From: Pseudobdellovibrionaceae bacterium
Lineage (GTDB): Bacteria; Bdellovibrionota; Bdellovibrionia; Bdellovibrionales; Bdellovibrionaceae
Direction: 5' to 3'
DNA length: 21,492 nucleotides
Assembly: GCA_039810425.1 (NCBI GenBank)
Contig: JBDHWW010000047.1
Coordinates: 1-21,492, forward strand
Program-made: the position numbers and the translations under genes
The notes under the pieces: generated by a model
The model's database searches: none
Told to the model about the DNA's origin: nothing
The model's input: only the letters and a program-made list of their open reading frames with translations
In this document: positions 15,348 to 21,492 of the stretch, piece by piece
How the letters are laid out: the number at the start of each line of letters is the position of its first letter
How positions within the stretch are numbered: position 1 is the first letter of the stretch

Positions 15348-16556
15348 CTATAAAATCTTGCCGCCCGCCGCGATAAGCGCCTGCTTGATTTTTTGGATGT
15401 GCTCGGGACTGCCGGTCTCAAGTACAAAGTCGATACGTGTTTCACGCAAAAACAAGCCCTGGGAAATACGGTCATGATGCACTTCAAGGATATTGGCCTT
15501 CTGCTCAGCAATGGCTTTTGTCAGGCGATTCAGGTTGCCTGGTAAATCATCGACAATCACTGATAGCTCTGCCAAGCGGCCGCGCTTGATCTGACCTTTT
15601 TCGATGATCTTTGCAATGATGTTCAAGTCAACGTTACCACCGCTCAAAATCACGCAGGTTTTCTTGCCGAGGTTCAGCTGATGGTTCATCGCTGCCGCCA
15701 TGGCAGCCGCACCTGAGCCCTCTGTCATTGTTTTCGCCCTTTCCAGCAAGAACACGATGGCTTCGGCCAGCTCATCATCGGTAACGGTCACCACCTCATC
15801 GACATTTTTTGCAATGAAACTGTCATAGACGATCTGCGAAGGCTTCTTAATCGCGATACCATCGGCAATTGTTGAAATGCGTTTTTTGCCCTCTGGTGTC
15901 TGATGATGGAAAAGTTGGGACATGCCCGGAGCTTGGTCGGACTGAACACCGATGATACGGACTTTTGGATTCAAGGCCTTCATTGCCGTTGAAATACCGC
16001 TGATCAAGCCACCACCGCCGATAGGGACAATAACAGAATCCAAATCCGGAAGTTTTTCATGAAGCTCCAAGCCGATAGTTCCTTGGCCGGCAATAATATA
16101 GGGGTCCTCATAAGGATGAACGAAAACATAACCCTTTTCTTTTTCCAGTTGGCGGGCATATTCGTAAGCATCGTCATAGATTTCGCCATGAAGAATAACT
16201 TCGGCACCGTAGGCGCGAGTCGCGTTTACTTTCATCAAAGATGCATTTTCAGGCATGACGATCGTCGCCTTAACTCCGGCAAGTGCGGCGCTCAAAGCCA
16301 CCCCCTGGGCATGATTGCCAGCAGAACTAGCAACCACTCCGCGCTTTTTCTCTTCCGAGGTCAGATTGATGATTTTATTGTAAGCCCCGCGAATTTTAAA
16401 ACTCCCTGTGCGTTGGGCGTTTTCAAATTTTAAAAAGACCTCACAGCCCAGCAGCTTACTGGCACTGGCTGAGTAATCAGTTTCTGTATTTTGCGAGATG
16501 TTTTTTAAAGTTTCGCGGGCCTTGTGGATATCCTCTAACGTGACCTTCATAAGCAC
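15348..16556 (-). CDS. ilvA: Threonine ammonia-lyase with a single C-terminal ACT domain
   Basis: KFEN.QRTGSFKIRGA (PLP Lys), SAGNHAQGVA, PIGGGGLISG, ADGIA, SGGNVD, and C-terminal D.PG.L...ANI.EV.H.R ACT domain. Start is GTG 16556 or ATG 16550. Confidence 0.93.
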   Translation of the reverse strand: MLMKVTLEDIHKARETLKNISQNTETDYSASASKLLGCEVFLKFENAQRTGSFKIRGAYNKIINLTSEEKKRGVVASSAGNHAQGVALSAALAGVKATIVMPENASLMKVNATRAYGAEVILHGEIYDDAYEYARQLEKEKGYVFVHPYEDPYIIAGQGTIGLELHEKLPDLDSVIVPIGGGGLISGISTAMKALNPKVRIIGVQSDQAPGMSQLFHHQTPEGKKRISTIADGIAIKKPSQIVYDSFIAKNVDEVVTVTDDELAEAIVFLLERAKTMTEGSGAAAMAAAMNHQLNLGKKTCVILSGGNVDLNIIAKIIEKGQIKRGRLAELSVIVDDLPGNLNRLTKAIAEQKANILEVHHDRISQGLFLRETRIDFVLETGSPEHIQKIKQALIAAGGKIL

Positions 16557-16572
16557 TTTCTAACAGTAGTTC

Positions 16573-16803
16573 CTACCAGTAAGCTGTCAGCCCCCAAATC
16601 GGTGGGTAGGATTTGAATGGCAGATTCGTTTCTCGGTTCTGCAACTCTTTACGGAGGGGCAGGCCCATGAAGATACTTTCATCGAAATAATGAAAGGGTG
16701 CAAGATGCTTCCCGCAACAGCTGCAATTTCCAACTAATTGCCCGCTGGCTTCGTTGAGGGTCCCGCACATATGACAGCGCCTAAAGTGAATCTTTGTTTC
16801 CAT
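16573..16803 (-). CDS. Small zinc-ribbon hypothetical protein (76 aa)
   Basis: CHMC...CSCC pattern. ATG 16803 with an AGGAAGAGG RBS-like sequence upstream. Co-oriented with and directly upstream of ilvA. Confidence 0.75.
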   Translation of the reverse strand: METKIHFRRCHMCGTLNEASGQLVGNCSCCGKHLAPFHYFDESIFMGLPLRKELQNRETNLPFKSYPPIWGLTAYW

Positions 16804-17090
16804 AGGTTTAAACCTCTTCCTGATCTTGTTACTTAGACTTTGGTCTTGCAAGCCATGGGGCCATATCTAAGTTATTGAAATCTCGCAAAATAACGCATAA
16901 TGACTTTACGCGTCAGACACAAATTGCTGAGGAATTCACAGCTTGATGGAAAGCGCCGAACACCCCCATTTCCACAAAATAAACCCCTTTACTTCCCTCG
17001 CTGAGACAAGCCCTCCATTCCATTGTGAGGCCTTGGTCCGGAACGATGACTTATCCTATGGAAATCAATGCAGAGACCCTAAAATGAAAA

Positions 17091-17117
17091 TAAGTAAAAA
17101 GGAATTTTTGCCGAAAG
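17091..17117 (+). promoter_or_regulatory. Putative sigma-28 (FliA) promoter
   Basis: TAAG-N15-GCCGAAAG, with the same -35 and spacing as the fliL promoter in this window. Confidence 0.65.
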
Positions 17118-17126
17118 GCTTTGCTA

Positions 17127-18563
17127 ATGAAAAGATGGCTCCTGATCCTATTTTTAGGTTTAACAATTTCCCTTCCGTCCTTCGCGAAGACAGCTCCACA
17201 AAATTCGGACGGCGATGAGGCTATTTTACTAACCTACGAAGAGTACTCGCAACTCACCTATGCTGAGAAAAAGACCTACGTCAAAAAACTCCGCGAGATC
17301 ATGGTTGAAACCGCAAAAGCCTTTCCTGAAATGGCTGAAACCATGTCAACCCACTCTGAATTCTACGCACAGCTTTGGACCTTCGTTGTTGCTTCAGCTG
17401 TCGGCGAAGACAGCGACTCTAAAACAGAGGCCCACATGCCGGGTGACGACGACAAGATGGCCTTCCTCAAAAAGTTCAAAGAATATACGGACACTTACTT
17501 TGAATTGGTAGAATCGGCAAAAACAGACAAAATGTCGGTTGAGCAACGAGGACAGTATGTTCGCCAGTACCGTCAATTGCTAGTTTGGACCGGTACGGGC
17601 GCCGCTTGGGCTCACACTATTCAAGATCCAGTAAAACAGAAAGAAGCTTTTGATTCTATCAAGGCAGTTAAAAAACGTGTCGAAGACAATGAAGCCAAAG
17701 TAAAGAACGCCGCTGGAGCCGCTTCTTACGAAAAAGCCAAACAGTATATGGACCAGGCGCTTAGCGGAAAATTTTCCACCGACAATATCCCAGTCACCCA
17801 AAATACTCCTGAAAAACTCATCGCCGCCGGCGAACGTCTTGAACCACTATCTATCAAGGCTGACGGAAAAATTCTGAATACTCCTTCTAACTCTTCGGCT
17901 CCGACGGCTAAGGCGCCGTCAAAAGACGAAAATAAATCCGAAGGTACAGCTCCCGTGTCCGCTTCTAAAGAGGAACGCTCGGATGCTTTCTATCGTTGCA
18001 TGTATGCGGGCTTCGTAGTCAAGAATCACCCGTGCATGGCGCCGAGCGAATTGCCTTGGGATCTAAAAGGTATCGATAACACGAAATTTAAGTGCGCCAA
18101 AGATTCTGTTATGTGTAATCCGTTCGTATTCGGCTTTAAGACCGCTTGTGATTGGTCTAAAGCAATAGATGAAAAAGGCCTGGCCGCATGCTTGCAAGAT
18201 GCGAATCCATATTGTGTAAAGCCTGGCTTGTATCCAACGAAGACTTGCAATGACAACAGCACAAGTGATTCCGCCAAGGATGCCGCTGTCCACCTGATCG
18301 ATAACAACAGAGCAGCTTTCAATCTGTACTCGAAACGTTTCGGCGAGCTTTGTTACAAAGGGCTGATCAACGTCAACAGCTACGCCGGCCAGAATACCGC
18401 CAGGAATATCGCCCGCACGAAAGCGGACATTAAACGTACTTGCGCCACTGCCCGCGTTCGCATCCAGGAAATCCGTACTCGTTACAACCTCTTTAAAACG
18501 TCTAAGAAAGACAGCCCGGCAGCGCCACCCATGCCGGCGGCAGATGTTAAAGGCGCGAAATAG
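17127..18563 (+). CDS. Secreted hypothetical protein with a C-terminal Cys-rich domain
   Basis: Signal peptide MKRWLL...SFA, helical N-half, S/P/A/K-rich linker, and 10 Cys confined to the C-terminal part (CMYAGF...CNPFVFG). Confidence 0.85.
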   Translation: MKRWLLILFLGLTISLPSFAKTAPQNSDGDEAILLTYEEYSQLTYAEKKTYVKKLREIMVETAKAFPEMAETMSTHSEFYAQLWTFVVASAVGEDSDSKTEAHMPGDDDKMAFLKKFKEYTDTYFELVESAKTDKMSVEQRGQYVRQYRQLLVWTGTGAAWAHTIQDPVKQKEAFDSIKAVKKRVEDNEAKVKNAAGAASYEKAKQYMDQALSGKFSTDNIPVTQNTPEKLIAAGERLEPLSIKADGKILNTPSNSSAPTAKAPSKDENKSEGTAPVSASKEERSDAFYRCMYAGFVVKNHPCMAPSELPWDLKGIDNTKFKCAKDSVMCNPFVFGFKTACDWSKAIDEKGLAACLQDANPYCVKPGLYPTKTCNDNSTSDSAKDAAVHLIDNNRAAFNLYSKRFGELCYKGLINVNSYAGQNTARNIARTKADIKRTCATARVRIQEIRTRYNLFKTSKKDSPAAPPMPAADVKGAK

Positions 18564-18565
18564 GA

Positions 18566-19933
18566 CTATTGGCCTTCAATAAACTTGTGATGAAGTTTTT
18601 GAATGGCCAAAGCCCCCTGTTCGTCGTTTACGATAAAGCAGAAATTGTGTTTACTGGCCCCCAAGCAGATCATGCGAACATTGATATCTGAAATCGTCTC
18701 GAAGACCTGCTTGCCCAATCCCGGTGTGTGGTTGATGTTATTGCCAATCAAAGATACCAGTGCCAGGTTCTCTTCGACCTGAACATCGGCAATCTCAGAT
18801 AAATCCGCGATCAGTTTTTTATTCAACAATGTCGAATCATCCAAAGTCACGCTGACAGAGATCTCCGACGTCGTGATCGCATCGATACTTACTTTATGGT
18901 CATTGAAGATTTTAAAAATCTGATACAAGAACCCATGTGCATGCAACATCTCAGGAGTTGAAAGCGTCACTAGGATTTGTTTCTTTCTCAAAGCCATCGC
19001 ACGGATGAGCGGATGCGCTTCGACTTCTTTACGAACCCAAGTTCCCTTGGCTTCGGCATCAAAGCTGGAACCCACGAACACCGGGATGTTCTTACGAATC
19101 GCCGGAAGCAAGGTCGCCGGATGCAAAACCTTCGCGCCGAAGGTTGCGAGTTCTGATGCTTCTTTGAATGAAATCTCTTCGATCGGCTTCGCCTTTGGGC
19201 ACAAACGTGGATCCGTTGTCGCAATCCCCGCCACGTCGGTCCAAATTTCGAGACTGTCAGCGTTTACGCCTTCAGCTAAAATCGCCGCGGAGTAATCACT
19301 GCCGCCGCGACCGAGTGTGGTCGTCAGGCCATCCTCTGTGCGGCCGATAAAACCTTGGGTGACGGTCACTGTTTTGTGGTCGCGGATGTGCTTCAACTTC
19401 TGCTGGCAAAGATTCGCAATTTCCGCCGTCAATGGGCGAGCTTTACTGAAAGTTTCATCAGTGCGAAGAACATCGCGCACATCAAAGAGTTCCGCCTTCA
19501 GCGCCGAACCGTTCTGGGCCAAGGCCAGTTTCATGGCTTCCGTAAAAAGAACGGAGGACATTCTCTCCCCCAAGCTCATCAAAGTATCGAGAGCTTTCAC
19601 CGAGCAGTCTTTTAACAAATGAACACCGTGCGCGAGAGACTCCATCTCCTCAAAAAGAGTCTGCAGCCGCTTGTTGGAATCTACAGAGATCTTGAGTTCA
19701 TCAGCAATCTTTATGTGTTTTTGGCGGATCTTTGCTAGAATCGCCTCCGCTTCGACCCACGATTTAGTATGGGAGGTTTTACCAAGATCGATCAAATCGT
19801 TGGTCGTTCCTGAGGTGGCAGAAACGACCACGATTGTGGATTTTTGTTTGCAAGACACTTCAGCACTTCTCAACATACATGAAGCGTCACCCATAGATGT
19901 GCCACCGAATTTAGATACGACGATTTTGCTCAC
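18566..19933 (-). CDS. lysC: Aspartate kinase (lysine-sensitive AKIII type)
   Basis: KFGGTS, VVSA, GERMS, TTTLGRGGSDYSAA, WTDV.GI.TTDPR, FGAKVLHP, and ACT domains (ITTSEISVS, GAS.HN). GTG start. Confidence 0.96.
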   Translation of the reverse strand: MSKIVVSKFGGTSMGDASCMLRSAEVSCKQKSTIVVVSATSGTTNDLIDLGKTSHTKSWVEAEAILAKIRQKHIKIADELKISVDSNKRLQTLFEEMESLAHGVHLLKDCSVKALDTLMSLGERMSSVLFTEAMKLALAQNGSALKAELFDVRDVLRTDETFSKARPLTAEIANLCQQKLKHIRDHKTVTVTQGFIGRTEDGLTTTLGRGGSDYSAAILAEGVNADSLEIWTDVAGIATTDPRLCPKAKPIEEISFKEASELATFGAKVLHPATLLPAIRKNIPVFVGSSFDAEAKGTWVRKEVEAHPLIRAMALRKKQILVTLSTPEMLHAHGFLYQIFKIFNDHKVSIDAITTSEISVSVTLDDSTLLNKKLIADLSEIADVQVEENLALVSLIGNNINHTPGLGKQVFETISDINVRMICLGASKHNFCFIVNDEQGALAIQKLHHKFIEGQ

Positions 19934-19967
19934 TGACTTCTCCGCTAGGACGCGCCCGAACGAGACG

Positions 19968-21038
19968 CTATTTTTTCGGCGGGGAGTAACTTATCTGATA
20001 AATGACTCCCGCCTTATCATCTGATACCAGCAGAGAGCCGTCTTTGTATATTTCTACATCGACAGGGCGCCCCCAAGCGTCATCGCCTTGCAACCACCCT
20101 TCAGCGAATCCCTCGGCTTTCCCAGATTTCACAAGTGTCAGTCGATAGCCTTGAGGTTTTGCTCTATTCCAAGAACCGTGTTCGGCAAGAAAAATCTGGT
20201 TTTCATATTCTAGTGGAAACTGCTTTCCGGTATAAAAGCGCATTCCTAAGGCAGCGACATGCGCACGGAGCTCTACTTCCGGAGGAGTCTGCTCACCACA
20301 TTTCTTAATTTTAAATTCAGGATCAGGAATGTTTTTGCCATGACAATACGGAAAGCCAAAATCCTGGCCCACCTTCGTCAGGTGATTCAACTCGTCCGGT
20401 GGCAGATCATCGCCCATCCAATCGCGGCCGTTATCCGTCAACCAGAGCTCTTTGGTCATCGGATGAAAATCAAAGCCCACCGTATTACGAACCCCGGAGG
20501 CGATTTCTTCTTTGGACGTGCCATTTACATCGATACGGTAAATACGGGCGTACTCTTTCCCCGGATCACAGATATTGCAATTCGCCCCCACCGGAATATA
20601 GAGTTTCCCATCCGGCCCGAAGCGAATGAACTTCCAGCCATGGTGCGTGTCCGTGGGAAAGCGTTGGGGCAGAACCCCTGGCTTTAAGCCCTTGCCAGTT
20701 TTACCCTCCGGATCCGTAAAGACGGTGATCTTATCGATATCCGCGACGTAAAGCTTGCCGTCCCTATACGCAACACCGTTCGGAGATTTAAAATCACTGG
20801 AAAGAATATCGACTTTGCCGTTCTTAATCCGATAAACATTGTGTTCGTCGCCCAACCCTCGGCTACCGACAAAGACCGTTCCTGAAGGCGTGATCGCCAA
20901 AGATCTTGCACCCGGCACTTCGGCAAAGACCTTGATCTTAAAACCCGGAGGCAACGTGATTTTCTCTAACGGAAGTTTTTTGGCAGCGGTGGCCGTCGTC
21001 GCAAATAAGAAAAACGAAAGCAAAAACCATTTCGTCAT
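19968..21038 (-). CDS. PQQ-dependent sugar / L-sorbosone dehydrogenase family beta-propeller protein, secreted
   Basis: LPPGF.I.VFA, HHGWK.I.FGPDGKLY..VG..CN.C, G.RN.VGFD, DNGRD, AEHGSWNR and GRPVDV....DGSLLVSDD. ATG 21038 with a GGAGG RBS and signal peptide is preferred over the track start 21161. Confidence 0.9.
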   Translation of the reverse strand: MTKWFLLSFFLFATTATAAKKLPLEKITLPPGFKIKVFAEVPGARSLAITPSGTVFVGSRGLGDEHNVYRIKNGKVDILSSDFKSPNGVAYRDGKLYVADIDKITVFTDPEGKTGKGLKPGVLPQRFPTDTHHGWKFIRFGPDGKLYIPVGANCNICDPGKEYARIYRIDVNGTSKEEIASGVRNTVGFDFHPMTKELWLTDNGRDWMGDDLPPDELNHLTKVGQDFGFPYCHGKNIPDPEFKIKKCGEQTPPEVELRAHVAALGMRFYTGKQFPLEYENQIFLAEHGSWNRAKPQGYRLTLVKSGKAEGFAEGWLQGDDAWGRPVDVEIYKDGSLLVSDDKAGVIYQISYSPPKK

Positions 21039-21135
21039 GAGTCCTCCATAAGAGCCATCCCATAACAAAGGTCGTTTCTGTTCAACGTCTTTTATAAGAA
21101 TTAAAAACTGATCCCTTACGCTGTTGATATGAAGT

Positions 21136-21358
21136 CCCAAGCACGGCGGATCTGCCTCCATGCGATGGGCGGGCGGGTGCCCGGGCTTGGGCGCTGATCT
21201 ATGTCATCTTTCCTAAAGCCGTACTTCTTTCTAGAAAGAGCGGCTAAATGCCCTTTGGCCGGCATTCTGGAGACTTTATAGCCTAAAACCCTTCGAGTCC
21301 CTGACTCAACCACGGCAGGACTCTCCGTTTTAAAGCGAGATCCGCACCGGGGCCTCGC
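21136..21358. other. Cluster of consecutive hairpins (possible REP/transposon-end array or structured RNA)
   Basis: Stems at 21136-21191, 21217-21245 (containing the perfect palindrome TCTTTCTAGAAAGA, 21226-21239), 21247-21266, 21295-21323 and 21335-21358. Confidence 0.45.
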
Positions 21359-21366
21359 AGCTACTA

Positions 21367-21492
21367 TTATCCCGAGCGTTTCGTTTTCTTCTTTCTCACC
21401 AGCAGCCCACGCCCCTCTAAATCATTGAGTTCATGATAGGCGGCCACGGCTTTAAACTGCTTCCCCCAAGATAAAATCTTAGTAAAAGGGCG
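21367..21492 (-). mobile_element. 3' end of a probable IS200-like/RAYT (Y1 HUH) transposase, truncated by the window edge
   Basis: Manual translation from the edge gives RPFTKILSWGKQFKAVAAYHELNDLEGRGLLVRKKKTKRSG*. This resembles the C-terminal 'RP(F)xRIxxW...VxxYxxxN' catalytic-Tyr segment of Y1 transposases. Only 41 aa are visible and the HUH motif is outside the window. Confidence 0.55.

Noticed and set aside
16943..17218. 91-aa plus-strand ORF
   Set aside because: It overlaps the promoter and start of the secreted protein in another frame and has no recognisable features.
21116..21313. 65-aa minus-strand ORF, and the upstream extension of the dehydrogenase to 21161
   Set aside because: Both run through GC-rich hairpins with atypical composition. 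The dehydrogenase has a clear RBS and signal peptide at 21038.
21136..21358. Lysine riboswitch (given downstream lysC) or c-di-GMP riboswitch
   Set aside because: The conserved cores were not found by eye and a whole gene separates the region from lysC. An Rfam scan would be decisive.

Overview
Mostly core chromosome of a Bdellovibrio-like predatory bacterium (Bdellovibrionota). The taxon is inferred from the gene content, notably fliL divergent from a Bd1075-type LD-carboxypeptidase, and was not checked against a database. In window order it holds: a two-subunit M16B zinc peptidase operon; fliL with a clear sigma-28 promoter; a YkuD+NTF2 cell-curvature LD-carboxypeptidase; a secreted hypothetical protein; a 59-aa gene missing from the ORF track; rhomboid, HIT and sppA genes; rpsA with its terminator and a structured leader; a holin-family membrane gene inserted between rpsA and cmk; cmk; hisC; an intact but catalytically eroded hydantoinase/oxoprolinase A+B pair; threonine ammonia-lyase; a small Zn-ribbon protein; a sigma-28-preceded Cys-rich secreted protein; lysC; a PQQ/sorbosone-type dehydrogenase; and, at the right edge, a hairpin-rich ~225-nt region next to the 3' end of a probable IS200/RAYT-like Y1 transposase. 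The best novelty candidates are the pseudo-enzyme hydantoinase pair, the transposase tail with its structured flank, the FliA-type Cys-rich secreted protein and the rpsA leader. No rRNA, tRNA or CRISPR array was seen.
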